From positions 33,232,001 through 33,296,000 of the forward strand of contig OX597837.1 of NCBI GenBank assembly GCA_951406725.2: a DNA stretch of 64,000 nucleotides, written 5' to 3'. This document shows positions 1 to 12,004 of this stretch, piece by piece. Source of the DNA: Octopus vulgaris. Its lineage: Eukaryota. The first letter of the stretch is position 1. Each line of letters starts with the position of its first letter. The position numbers and the translations under genes are program-made. The notes under the pieces are model-generated. The model made no database searches. It was not told the DNA's origin and was given only the letters and a program-made list of their open reading frames with translations.

Positions 1-588
1 CGCGAGTCTGCTGCCCTAACCACTGGGCCATTGCGCCTCCTTACCGGGATATAAACATACCAACACTGGTTGTCAAGCATTGGTGTAAGACTAACATAGA
101 CACAGAGACTCACATATGACGAGCTTCTTTCAGTTTCCATCTACCAAATCCACGCACAAATCTTTGGTCAGCTGGAGGCTGTAGTAGAAGACACTTACCC
201 AAGGTGCCATACAGTGGGACTGAACCCAGAACCACGTGGCTGTGAAGCAAACTCCTTAACACACAGCCACACTATGTATAAAAGATATTGAATTAAAAAC
301 TGCAGCAAAATATAATATCTTTAATTGCAGCTACAGTTACATGTATAATTTTTTAATTATCATTAATTACAACTGTCATTAAATATCTCAATTTCTTTTA
401 ATTACTCTCTGCGAGTTAAAATACAAGCATTTTTGTTGCAATTTGAGTCAGAAATTTTCTTTCAATTTCTTTAGTAGTTCTAATTATTACTAATTATATT
501 AATTATACTAATTATATTAATTGCACTAAGTTGCATAAATGCAATTTTCTGTCTTTTATAATGTTTCCTAATCTCAGAAAACAAACCC

Positions 589-1047
589 ATCATCATCATC
601 ATCATCATCGTTTAGCGTCCGCTTTCCATGCTAGCATGGGTTGGACGGTGCAACTGGGGTCTGGGAAGCCAGAAGGCTGCACCAGGCCCACTCTGATCTG
701 GCAGTGTTTCTACGGCTGGATGCCCTTCCTAACGCCAACCACTCCGTGAGTGTAGTGGGTGCTTTTTACGTGCCACTGGCACGGAGGCTAGGCAAGGCTG
801 GCAAACGGCCACAATCGGATGGTGCTTTTTACGTGCCACCGGCACGGAAGCCAGTTAGGGTGGCACTGGCAACGGCCACGTTCGGATGGTTCTCTTATGT
901 GCCACCAGCACTGGTATCACAGCTACAATTTCCATTGATGTTGATCGATTTTGATTTTTGATTTTTTGATTTTGTGATTTTCACTTGCCTCAACAGGTCT
1001 TCACAAGTAGGGTTTTGTGTCCCAGGAAGGAAAGGTATGCATAAGTG
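589..1047 (-). mobile_element. RTE-clade LINE 3' end (family E) with ~60-bp internal repeats and (GAT)n tail
   Basis: Same sequence as the copies at 6437, 30050, 33540 and 35346; ends CCATGCTAGCATGGAAAGCGGACGCTAAAC(GAT)n. Confidence 0.8.
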
Positions 1048-1554
1048 TAAAATAAGTGTAAAACCATTTCAGTTTGAAAATTTGCAAAAAGGTAGCAGAG
1101 AATTGATTTAAATGCAAATTAAGAATAACAGCTCTTGGATACTTGAGTTGTTAGAAATAGCAGTCAAATCTCCTTCAAATTACACCTGTCAACTTGAAAA
1201 AATGAAGGACATGTTTGATGATGGGGTCAAATGTAGTCTTTGGCCTGAATAAATAAATAAAGGACATGATGATCAAAGCTTAAATTCCTTTGATCATATG
1301 CCTACTCAATCAGGGTTGGCCTGGGGTTAAACAACAACAGGTGTCATAATATTTTTTATCTTTTACTTGTTTCAGTCATTAGACTGGGGCCATGCTGGGG
1401 CATTGCCTTGAAGGGTTTTAGTTGAACTAATTGACCCCAAAACATATTTTTAAGTTTATTCATCTTTTTGGTCAAACTGTTAAGTTACAGGTAAGTAGAC
1501 AAAACAATATTGATTCCCAAGCATTGGTGGGGACAAACAGGGACACAAAGATGA

Positions 1555-1906
1555 ATGGCACCCAATCTGGTGGCACGTAAAAAGCACCATTCAAGCATTG
1601 GGCCTCATAGAAGCAGTGATAAGTGGTTGAGACCTTTGGCGATCTACCATGCTTGTGTCGACTTGTCAAGCTAAGGTGAGATTGTAATCAGGGCTGATGC
1701 CAGTGTCAGGTCAGTGGCACATAAAAAAAACACTCATTAGACCCTTGGAATGGTTGGCATGAGGAAGAGCACCCAGCTGTAGAAACCTTGCCAGATCAGA
1801 CTGGAACCTGGTGCAGCCCCCCGGCTTACTAGTTTTCAGTCAAACCATCCAACCCATACCAGCATGAAAAACAGACATTAAATGATGATGATGATGATGA
1901 TGATGA
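1555..1906 (+). mobile_element. family E RTE 3' end, diverged
   Basis: GGTGGCACGTAAAAAGCACC motif, decayed RDLWR-like coding segment, (GAT)n tail. Confidence 0.7.
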
Positions 1907-1925
1907 TATATATATATCATCATAA

Positions 1926-2153
1926 GGCGGCAAGCTGGTAGAATAGTTAGCATATCGGGCAAAATGCCTGGCAGTATTTCGTCTGTCGTTACGTTCTGAG
2001 TTCAAATTCCGCCGAGGTCGACTTTGCCTTTCATCCTTTCGGGGTCGATAAATAAAGTACCAGTTTCGCACTGGGGTCGATGTAATCGACTTAATCCCTT
2101 TGTCTGTCCTTGTTTGTCCCCTCTGTGTTTAGCCCCTTGTGGGTAGTAAAGAA
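1926..2153 (+). mobile_element. tRNA-derived SINE family A
   Basis: GGCGGCAAGCTGG head, GAGTTCAAATTCC B-box, GTCGACTTTGCCTTTCATCCTTTCGGGGTCGATAAA central domain; many copies in window. Confidence 0.85.
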
Positions 2154-2169
2154 ACATATATATATCATC

Positions 2170-2670
2170 ATCATCATTAAATCATCAAGAAACAAACCAG
2201 GTTTGGGAATTTATAAAGATTGGACTACAGTACTTACAGAAGGCTGATACTCAAAGAACTTAACGCAAAATATAAAATAACCACTAATACCAATCGCTTG
2301 GAGATTAACTCTAAAACTAAAAAAGCTATGATCAAACTAAACTTGTTTGACCGAACAGAACCCATGAGGCAAAGCAAACTGAGAATCAACCTCAAGGACC
2401 ATAAAAAGAACTTTCATGATAACCCCTCTCTTAGACTTATTTGATCCAACTAGATCTGATATCAGTCGGCTCAGTAAATCCATTCTGGATACTATCTTAC
2501 CTCTTGGAATTCCTAAATTATCTCTCAAATTATGGTGTAATACACTGGTTCACATCAATTGAAAATTTAAGTAAGTACTCCTTCATTCAGTTTAATATCA
2601 ACAGTTACTATTCTAATATCTCCCCTATTCTCCTAAATAAGTCCCCTGATTGTTGCTAAAGGCCTCTCTC
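2170..2670 (+). mobile_element. Penelope-like element reverse transcriptase fragment (frameshifted)
   Basis: RINLKDHKKNFHDNPSLRLI / PTRSDISRLSKSILD / WFTSIENLSKYSFIQFNINSYYSNIS resembles the PLE RT signature (TLKDHKxNF..RLINP..S.IG..SK.ILD..FIQFDI..FYPSIS). Confidence 0.8.
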
Positions 2671-3065
2671 TTTTAACTAGGGATAAAATAATAGAAAGGA
2701 TTATTATTATCATTATTACAGAGGTGGGCTGGCAGAATTGTTAGAATGCCGGGCGAAATGCTTTGCAGTATTTTGTCTGTCTTTACATTCTGAGTTCAAA
2801 TTCTACTGAGGTCGACTTTGCCTTTCATCCTTTCAGGGTCGATAGATTAAGTGCCAGTGTAATCATCTAGTCTTCCTTCCCCACAAATTTCAGGCCTTGT
2901 GCCTTTCATAGAAAAGATTATTATTATCATTATTATTATTATTATTGGGAGAGTATTGTAGTTTGCTGGAAGCATTGTGTATTGTTTGCGAATACAACAT
3001 GTCTTGAATGGCACAACAATGCAGAGTGGACTATAACAATGGTTATAATTTAATTATTCATAGTC

Positions 3066-3320
3066 TGATAAACTTAGATAAACTTAGATATGTTTCGACC
3101 AAAGATTGGTCCAGGCCATGTCTAACTTAATAGCACCACCTGATAGGATTATTCAAATCCTGTGTAAGTCAAGTTTTGTTTATGGTCCATTCAAGTAGTG
3201 AGTTCTTGTTGGGTGAGTTGTATCCAATTATGGGTGGCTTATCTGGTATTCTTTGAAGGAATCTATCCAGACTCCGTTTAAAGTTGATGGGATCCTTTTC
3301 CTCTTTGATCTCCCTCGGGA
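3066..3320 (-). mobile_element. non-LTR (CR1/L2-group) ORF2 C-terminus and 3' tail
   Basis: Minus strand encodes PREIKEEKDPINFKRSLDRFLQRIPDKPPIIGYNSPNKNSLLEW, followed by a short tandem tail (TCTAAGTTTA)x2. Confidence 0.65.
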
Positions 3321-3634
3321 CAATGTTAAATATAATATTTTAGACTTTATAAAAATTTCTTCTTCAGATATTGCTAGGAATTGATCTGATTGAGTCACTG
3401 CGGTAATCAGTTTTCCAATGGTTACTCAATTTTTTTTTTCGGAAGCAAGATTGAGACATGGATGCCCTCATGCACTTCTCATAAGGAATTCTGGAAGAAG
3501 CTTTGTTAGACTACTGCAGAGACGCTTCCGAAAAATGCAAAACTGAGTAACCTTTGGAAAATCAATTATAGCAGTAACTTGATCAATTCCTAGCAACATC
3601 TGAAAGAATTTTTATATTCCAAAATATATCAGAC

Positions 3635-3986
3635 AATGTGGCCGATGCCAGCTTCGCCTCGACTGGCTTCCATGTCGGTGGCATGTAAAAAGCATCATCC
3701 GAATCGTGGCCGAAGCCAGTGCCGCCTCGACTGGCTTCCATGCAGGTGGCACGTAAAATGCACCAATCCGACCATGGCCGGCCAGCCTCGCCTGGCACCA
3801 GTGCAGGTGGCACGTAAAAAGCACCCACTACACTCACGGAGTGGTTGGCGTTAGGAAGGGCATCCAGCTGTAGAAACATTGCCAGATAAGACCGGAGCCT
3901 GGTGCAGCCTTCTGGCTTCCCAGATCCCCGGTCGAACTGTCCAACCCATGCTAGCATGGAGACCGGACGTTAAACGATGATGATGA
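3635..3986 (+). mobile_element. family E RTE 3' end
   Basis: Three ~60-bp units, conserved 3' segment and (GAT)n tail. Confidence 0.8.
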
Positions 3987-4269
3987 ATAATTAAATTATA
4001 ACGGTTATTATAGTGCACTCTCCATAGCAGTGCCATTCAAGACATGTTATATTATTATTATTGTTGTTGCTAAATGGTGAGCTGGCAGAACTATAAACAC
4101 ATAAGACAGATTGTTTAATCACATTTCTTCCAGCTCTACGTCCTGAATTCAAATTTCATTGAGTTTGTCTTCGCTTATCGACCCCCTGGGGGTTGATAAA
4201 ATAAAGTACCAGTCAGGTACTGAGGTCAATTTAATCATTTAACCCCTTCTCTCAAAATTGCTGGCCTTA

Positions 4270-4905
4270 TTTAGGGGACTTATTTAGGAGAATAGGGGAG
4301 ATATTGGAATAGTAACTGTTAATATTAAACTGAATGAAGGAGTACTTACTTAAATTTTCAATTAATAATAATAATGAAATTATTGTATACAGTGCTCAGG
4401 TGCACCACAACTTGTCAGAAAGTGCATATAAAGTACATGCAGTAATGTAGAAATGTCTGGAAAGTGAACAGTGTATGAGTCAGATACATGCCTGTGTGTG
4501 TATGGAGGGGAGTAAATCAGGTGTAGTGTTGGCGAATCTCAGGAAGCATGGAAGTTTTGAAGGATGCAGTGCTCCGACAACCAACAACCGATGCCGGCAG
4601 TTTGTTCCATGCTTCAGCAACTCTCAGTGTGAAACAACCAGTGTATTACACCATAATTTGAGAGATAATTTAGGAATTCCAAGAGGTAAGATAGTATCCA
4701 GAACGGATTTACTGAGCTGACTGATATCAGATCTAGTTGGACCAAATAAGTCTAAGAGAGGGGTTATCATGAAAGTCCTTTTTATGGCCCTTGAGGTTGA
4801 TTCTCAGTTTGCTTTGCCTCATGGGTTCTGTTCGGTCAAACAAGTTTAGTTTGATCATAGCATTTTTTAGTTTTAGAGTTAATCTCGAAGCGATTAGTAT
4901 TAGAA
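4270..4905 (-). mobile_element. second, inverted copy of the Penelope RT fragment, interrupted by a CR1 3' end (4365-4634)
   Basis: 4635-4905 and 4270-4364 are near-identical reverse complements of about 2285-2645; the intervening segment matches the CR1 3' end at 8571-8840. Confidence 0.8.
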
Positions 4906-5094
4906 GCAATTGTAATTTTTTTTTTTTTTTTTTGAAAATGCATTTTTGGAAATTTAATTAAAAAACCTAAATTATATTTCTTACCTTGAAATATCTGCAA
5001 TATTAACGACAAACTTAGAATTAACATCCTGAAAAGAGCTTGGACACCAGAATTCCATCGGATGGAATTACAGGATATATACAAAGATATTGTT

Positions 5095-5304
5095 CAAACA
5101 CACACACACATATACACACACATGTGCATGCAATATGTGTGTGTGTGTGTGTGAGTGAGAGAGAGAGAAAGAGAGTGAGTGAGTGAGTGTGTGAGTGTAT
5201 GTGAGTGAGTGTGTGTGTGTGTGTGTGTGTAGCAATGTCATTACTTGAGTATAATGCTCTTAATATTCAGTGTCCATTATATAATTTTCTGTGTGTGTGT
5301 GTGT

Positions 5305-5335
<31 letters not shown>

Positions 5336-5439
5336 AAAAGAGAGAGAGATACATGCTTATACATATACTCACACATAATGTATATATAAATATATAAACA
5401 CATGTATATATAGCACATATATATACATATATATTTATA

Positions 5440-5477
<38 letters not shown>

Positions 5478-5543
5478 CATATACACAAATATGTATAAAT
5501 GTGTGTGGGTGTGTATATACATGTACATATATAGATGTGTATG

Positions 5544-5583
<40 letters not shown>

Positions 5584-5648
5584 CATATAAAGATGTGTAT
5601 GTATATATATATATATATACATGTACATATAAAGATATGTATGTATGT

Positions 5649-5679
<31 letters not shown>

Positions 5680-5751
5680 CATATATAGATGTGTATGTAT
5701 GTATATATATATATATATGTATGTATATATATATATATATGTGTATGTATG

Positions 5752-5786
<35 letters not shown>

Positions 5787-5860
5787 ATGTATGTATATAT
5801 ATATATATATATATTTATATATACATATATATACATGTACGTGTGTGTGTGTGTATTACA
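5095..5860. repeat. compound (CA)/(GA)/(TA)/(TG) microsatellite field
   Basis: Seen directly; source of several spurious YI/CV-rich ORFs. Confidence 0.95.
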
Positions 5861-6436
5861 CGCATAAGTATAATGACAAATATGTTCACACATACATACG
5901 CTTACCTACCAACATACATATATACACATGCATTTGTCATGGGTGCAAGCAAGCACACGTCCAGATGTTTGTGATACTTACATATACAAAAAAATTCCTC
6001 CATGTTGATCTGATGTAAATTCTCAGAGAACATTTTGAAATTCCATTAAACTCTTTTCAAAGTGGATTTTGAAGCAATGTTTGAATGGTAAACAGAGTCA
6101 GCTGCGGAATTCTCAGAAAACCTTTTAGATGCAACACATGTCTCGTAATCTCACTTTCTCTCCAAAGCGGACATTATTTTCTTGCTTCGGAACAAAAGGT
6201 TTAACTTTGAGAAAAATAATACATGGTGAAGCCATAAGTTTGACACATACTGGTTTGACTGGTACTTTATTTTATCAACCCCCGGGGGTTGATAAGCGAA
6301 GACAAACTCAATGGAATTTGAATTCAGGACATAGAGCTGGAAGAAATGTGATTAAATATTTGTCTTATGTGTTTATAGTTCTGCCAGCTCACCATTTAGC
6401 AACAACAACAATATGTGTACATATATATATATATAT

Positions 6437-7148
6437 ATCATCATCATCATCGTTTAGCGTCCGCTTTCCATGCTAGCATGGGTTGGACGGGTCAACTGGG
6501 GTCTGTGAAGCCGGAAGGCTTCGTCAGGCCCAGTCAGATCTGACAGTGTTTCTACGGCTGGATGCCCTTCCTAACGCCAACCACTCCGCGAGTGTAGTGG
6601 GTGTTTTTTACGTGCCACCTGCACAGGTGCCAGACAGAGCTGGCAACCGGCCACGAACGGACGGTGCTTTTACGTGTCACCGGCACGGGGGCCAGCCGAG
6701 GCTGGCAACGGACACGAACGGATGGTGCTTTTACGTGCCACCGACACGGGGCCAGACAGAGCTGGCAAACGGCCACGAACGGATGGTGCTTTTACGTGCC
6801 ACCGACACGGGGCCAGACAGAGCTGGCAAACGGCCACGAACGGACGGTGTTTTTACGTGTCACCAGCACGGGGCCAGGCGAGGCTGGCAACGAACACGAA
6901 CGGATGGTGCTTTTACGTGCCACCGACACGGGGCCAGGCAGAGCTGGCAAACGGCCACGAGCGAATGGTGCTTTTACGTATCACCCGCACGGGTGCCAGA
7001 CGAGGCTGACAGCGGACACGAACAGATGGGTCACTTAACCCCTGCTTTCTGATATATGATTTGATTTTGATTGTTCTCACTGGTCTTGCCGGGTCTTCTC
7101 ACGCACAGCATACTTCCATAGGTCTCGGTCTCTGGTCATTTCCTTGGA
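6437..7148 (-). mobile_element. family E RTE LINE: ORF2 C-terminus plus 3' UTR with about seven 60-bp units
   Basis: Minus strand 7147-7076 reads SKEMTRDRDLWKYAVREKTRQDQ*, the RTE-type DRxxW C-terminus, then the minisatellite and (GAT)n tail. Confidence 0.8.
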
Positions 7149-7166
7149 AGTATGCATATATATATA

Positions 7167-7205
<39 letters not shown>

Positions 7206-7431
7206 GGCGGCGAGCTGGCAGAAACGTTAGCAGGCCGGGCGAAATGCGCAGCCGTATTTCGTCTGTCGTTACGTTCCGAGTTCAAATTCCGCCAAGGTTG
7301 ACTTTGCCTTTCATCCTTTCGGGGTCGATAAATAAAGTACCAGTTACGCACTGGGATCGATGTAATCGATTTAATCCGTTTGTCTGACCTTGTTTGTCCC
7401 CTCTATGTTTCGCCCCTTGTGGGTAGTAAAG

Positions 7432-7435
<4 letters not shown>
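7206..7435 (+). mobile_element. SINE family A inserted in (TA)n
   Basis: Full-length copy homologous to 1926-2153. Confidence 0.85.
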
Positions 7436-7486
<51 letters not shown>

Positions 7487-7950
7487 TATATATATATATA
7501 CATACATACATATATATATGTGTGTGTGTATGTATATATATGCTCTTTTGCTCTTTTACTTGTTTCAGTTATTTGACTGCGGCCATGCTGGAGCACCGCC
7601 TTTAGTCGAGCAAATCGACCCTAGGACATATTCTTTGTAAGCCTAGCACTTATTCTATCAGTCTCTTTTGCCAAACCACTAAGTTACGGGGACGTAAACA
7701 CACCAGCATCGATTGTCAAGCGGTGTTGTGGGGACAAACACCGACTGACAAATGTATACACACACACACACACACACAAATATATATGTGTGTGTGTACA
7801 TATATGTATGTTGAAAATCAAAATAAGCAACAGGGTATCAGAAAGTGATGCAGAGCTATATGTGTATGTATATATATATATGTAAAATTAGTAATGCAAT
7901 ACGAGAGTATTGCTTTCCAGTAAAGAATAGCCCGTGAGGGAAAATCATAC

Positions 7951-8309
7951 ATAGAAGTAAATATATGGCACAACGAAGTACCGATATTTACTGGAAATAG
8001 CGAACGTAATAATACGACGCTAATGTATAGCTTCACCGCGTATGTACTAGCAAAAATGCGTGTGTGCAACAAACTTGAAAAAATTCTTACCTCCAGGGAG
8101 AACATCTGAAAGATGAAATACCTAGAAAAGGATAGGTATTTCATCTTTCAGATGTTCTCCCTGGAGGTAAGACAATTTTTTTCAAGCTTGTTGCACTCAC
8201 GCATTTTTGCTAGTACATACGCGGTGAAGCTATACATTAGCGTCGTATTATTACGTTCGCTATTTCCAGTAAATATCGGTACTTCGTTGTGCCATATATT
8301 TACTTCTAT
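7951..8309. repeat. long near-perfect hairpin (~175-bp arms, 8-nt loop)
   Basis: 7951-8124 is the reverse complement of 8133-8309 with few mismatches; loop GAAAAGGA. Confidence 0.93.
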
Positions 8310-8570
8310 ATATATATATATGATTGTATATGTATATATATGTGGGATGGCATATACTAAGAGTGTTTGTGCAAAGATGATAGCATTCACAAATGCATTC
8401 ACATAATTTATCATTCGCTTGGACTGCGGCCATGCTGGGGCACCACTTTGGAGGGTTTTAATCCAGCAAATAGGTTCCAGTACTTGTTCGTTTTTCTTTT
8501 CAGCCTGGTACATTTTCTATCAGTCTCATATTTTTGAGCCATTAAGTTACAGGAACATTGACTATAATAA

Positions 8571-9320
8571 TAATAATAATAATGAAATTATTGTATACAG
8601 TGCTCAGGTGCACCACAACTTGTCAGAAAGTGCGTATAAAGTGTATGTAGTAATGTAGAAATGTCTGGAAAGCGAACAATGTATGAGTCAGATACATGCC
8701 TGTGTGTGTGTATGGAGGGGAGAAAATCAGGTGTAGTGTTGGCGAATCTCAGAAAGCATGGAAGTTTTGAAGGATGCAGTGCTCCGACAACTAACAACTG
8801 ATGCCGGCAGTTTGTTCCATGCTTCAGCAACTCTCAGCGTGAAAAAATGTTTCCGAATGTCATGGGAGCTGTGCTGTTTTCTGACTTTGTAAACAGGTCC
8901 ACGGGTGTTAGACAGGTGGAGTTTGAAAAGGTGCTTAGAGTTATTGTTTGTAAGATGGTTAATAATTTTATGGGTGTCTGCCAAGTCAGCTGCCAGACGT
9001 CGGAGTTTCAATGTGTCCATGCCCAGGGAAGTAAAGCGTTCAGAATATGGCAAATGCCTGATGGAGGGTATTCTTTTGGTTGCACGTCGCTGAACGGCTT
9101 CCAGACGATTAATATTGGGTTGTCCCAAAAGTTCGTAAACACTTGCGAAAATTGAATTTTTACTCGCCAAGTACTAACAAAAACAACAAAAATTATTCCT
9201 CGAAATAAAGACCATTATTTTCCAAGACTTTCTACGAACTTTTGGGACAACCTTATATCCTGGGCAAGATAGGGGTTCCAGACCGGTGATACAAATTCCA
9301 GTACAAAGGTGTGCACGTGC
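8571..9320 (-). mobile_element. CR1-clade LINE ORF2 3' fragment, interrupted by a MITE
   Basis: LEFVSPVWNPYLAQD[MITE]INRLEAVQRRATKRIP...YSER...LKLRRL...RKHFFTLRVAEAWNKLP, typical CR1 ORF2 C-terminus; (TTA)n tail. Confidence 0.9.
9113..9257. mobile_element. Tc1/mariner-type MITE
   Basis: TA-flanked TIRs TTGGGTTGTCCCAAAAGTTCGTA ... TACGAACTTTTGGGACAACCTTA; removing it restores the CR1 reading frame. Confidence 0.85.
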
Positions 9321-9934
9321 GCACACACACACACATATATATATACACACATACATGCAAACACAGGGCTTCCAGACTGTTTCCATGTACGAAATCCAGC
9401 AACAAGGTTTCGGCTGGCCTGTGAAATAAATTCCGGACCTCAGTTATGAACTCATACAGCCAATAAGATCTCAACTCTAAAACTAGTGTCCACCTAGTCC
9501 TGAAAATACCCTGGTTGGAAAAGTGCGTTATAGCAAAGTCTGTTCTAAACGGGTTAACAGGGGAGACAAATGTGGAATTTAGTGCAAAAAAGCGAATGGA
9601 GAGCTGCTCACAGATGATGCCATAAGTGTTGCCAATTTGCGTAATTTACGAGAAAATGTTAACGAACGTAGTTTCCTAATTTTGTACATTGCTAATTAAA
9701 ATTCTACGAGGATGGTAGAGGTGGGGGAAATGTGGTGCTTTTGTGAGACTTACTATGCTGTATTCACAGAGTGACCTACACCATTCTATGCCTACCTGGC
9801 TGTACTGTAGCAGTACACAGTATGCGGATCATCAAGGCGAGTTCTGATTGGCTGTATGCAAATGAGTTCATTACTGGAGTCCGAAACTCTCGTGGGAAAA
9901 AAAAATTTCGCCCGCTGGTCGTCCTGGGGCTTTA

Positions 9935-10090
9935 GTAGAGGACACTTACCCACTTACTCTGATGTAATCTCCAGGGATACAGGCATCCAGCAACAGGACC
10001 TCCGCAATGCCATGATGAAACGTGAAGTCTGGCGTAGCATGGTAAATTCCATTGTCTCGACCACGGTCGAACAATGATGAATGATGATGA
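9935..10090 (+). mobile_element. RTE/RTE-X-like LINE ORF2 C-terminal fragment
   Basis: RGHLPTYSDVISRDTGIQQQDLRNAMMKREVWRSMV, followed by a (TGA)n tail. Confidence 0.7.
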
Positions 10091-10917
10091 CCCACAGTTC
10101 CATGCTATGGAATTGAACTGATGACCCCATAGTGTGGAAACAAGCTAATCTCAAACTAATTTGGGTTATTGATCCTTTGCGAGAACAAAATAAATCAGTT
10201 GCATGGAGTAATCAAAAACAAAAGTAACCCTGTTCTATTAAGGTTATATGAATCCTCTACGTCCAACTTGGATTGGAGAATGGTCTACTTTCCAGCCTGT
10301 GTTTTAGTTTATTTGCAGCATATAGCTATATTTAGAGTTTACTCTATAACCTTAGGAAATATCTGATACAACAGAGGAAAATATTGAGCAACAAGCATAT
10401 TAAAGGGTTTTTTTCTTTTAATTCAAAAAGCCGGTTACAGAACATAGAGAAACAGAAAAAAAATTATTACAGAAAAACTCATAACAGAGTTACTTCCCTT
10501 GCATTTATTTCTTTTTTTTTTTTTTTCTTGGTAAAAGTTCAATTTTTTTGTCACGTCTTGGAAATATTGACAAAAAGAATCACACAAAATATGATAAATC
10601 ACACGTGCGAATCATCGGCTTCACATTAATAAATACATTCTACTTTACCTGAAGAGTACTCTTTTTCTCATTTGCTTTTTTATCCGTGTGATTTCGTTTA
10701 GACAGTTGTCAGAACAAAAGAAACCACTTGTTTCTGAGTAGAAAGGCAAACAAGGAATTGTTATCAGCTGTAAACTAATTAAACCCCTATTCTTGTATCA
10801 TTCTTAAACTAGTTATATGTAAAAAAAAAAAAAAAAATAAATAAAGGATAACGGGACCCATGAAAAACGAACCACCACAAACTACTCTCCCCTATTTATC
10901 TGTGGCACACCTTTTAA

Positions 10918-11150
10918 TGCCATGAATGCCAGAAGGTGGGCAAATCTAACGGAGGCTTCAAAAGACATTTTAAGATCCACAAAGATCGGAACTTAACTGG
11001 AACTCTTGGTGGTCCAAATCAGATATGCAATCAATGTGGATGTCTTTTCATTACATCGTCTGGTTTAAAAAGCCGCATCAGACACCATGATGGATTTAAG
11101 GTATAAGTACGAAAGGTAGTCAAACCCTGCATAAGGAGTAGACAACCACC
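10918..11150 (+). pseudogene. two decayed C2H2 zinc fingers, probably an RTE-BovB-like LINE C-terminus
   Basis: CHECQKVGKSNGGFKRHFKIH (C-x2-C-x12-H-x3-H) and CNQCGCLFITSSGLKSRIRHH, preceded by an in-frame TAA and followed by (TA)n. Confidence 0.6.
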
Positions 11151-11387
11151 GTATATATATATATATATATATATATAACTGCTTGGCTTGTCCTCAGTCG
11201 CGAGTGCATGGCCCAGCAGCTTGGATGGTGGTGATTGACTTTACTTGTTACTATGGTTACTACTCTGATCTCTTGATTCTATAACCAGATATTTTCCTTG
11301 TGTATATAGAGCGGCGGACTGGCCATGTTGCCAGCTTACTCGATGGCAAGTGGGCCCCTGCACCATTAGAATCCATATATGTATTTG

Positions 11388-11613
11388 TTTATTACCCACA
11401 AGGGGCTAAACACAGAGAGGACGAACAAGGACAGACAAACGGATTAAGTCGATTATATCGACCCCAGTGCGTAACTGGTACTTAATTTATCGACCCCGAA
11501 AGGATGAAAGGCAAAGTCGACCTCGGCGGAATTTGAACTCAGAACGCAGCGGCAGATGAAATACGGCTACGCATTTCGTCCGGCGTGCTAACGTTTCTGC
11601 CAGCTCGCCGCCT
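11388..11613 (-). mobile_element. SINE family A with target-site duplication
   Basis: Full-length copy flanked by TTAGAATCYATATATG direct repeats. Confidence 0.85.
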
Positions 11614-12004
11614 TTAGAATCTATATATGGGGTGCCCCCTGTTAGTATCTAAGGGGCCCATTCCCTCAAGTTTGAGAATTTTTTATTCACTCCGGAAAGA
11701 ATGCATTAATTATTACAGCCTGGCTTCGTTTGGAGACAGGTGAAAAGAATACTTTTAACAAAAAAAGAAATTAAATGATAGCATTGTAGTTGCCGGTGGG
11801 CCCCCATAGTCTCCAGGTGACCAATTTTTTAGACCCAGTTCGCCACTGTGTGTGTGTGCACGTGCACACAGTGCCACATAAAAAGCATCCAATACACTCT
11901 GTAAAGTGGTTGGCATTAGGAAGGTTATGCAGTTATAGAAACCCTAGCAAAGCTGACAATTGGCACCTGGTGCAACTCCCTGGCTTGTCAGCTCCTGTCA
12001 AACC

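Noticed and set aside
5260-6018. YI/CV/TH-rich ORFs (also 31510-32186, 58985-59393 and others)
   Set aside because: Translations of dinucleotide microsatellites that lack stop codons
6595-7030. CRISPR-like look of the ~60-bp repeat array (also 30245-30540)
   Set aside because: The 'spacers' are homologous to each other, the array sits in a dispersed eukaryotic LINE 3' UTR, and there are no cas genes
8727-9170. 147-aa ORF as a host gene
   Set aside because: CR1 ORF2 fragment; its N-terminal residues come from the inserted MITE
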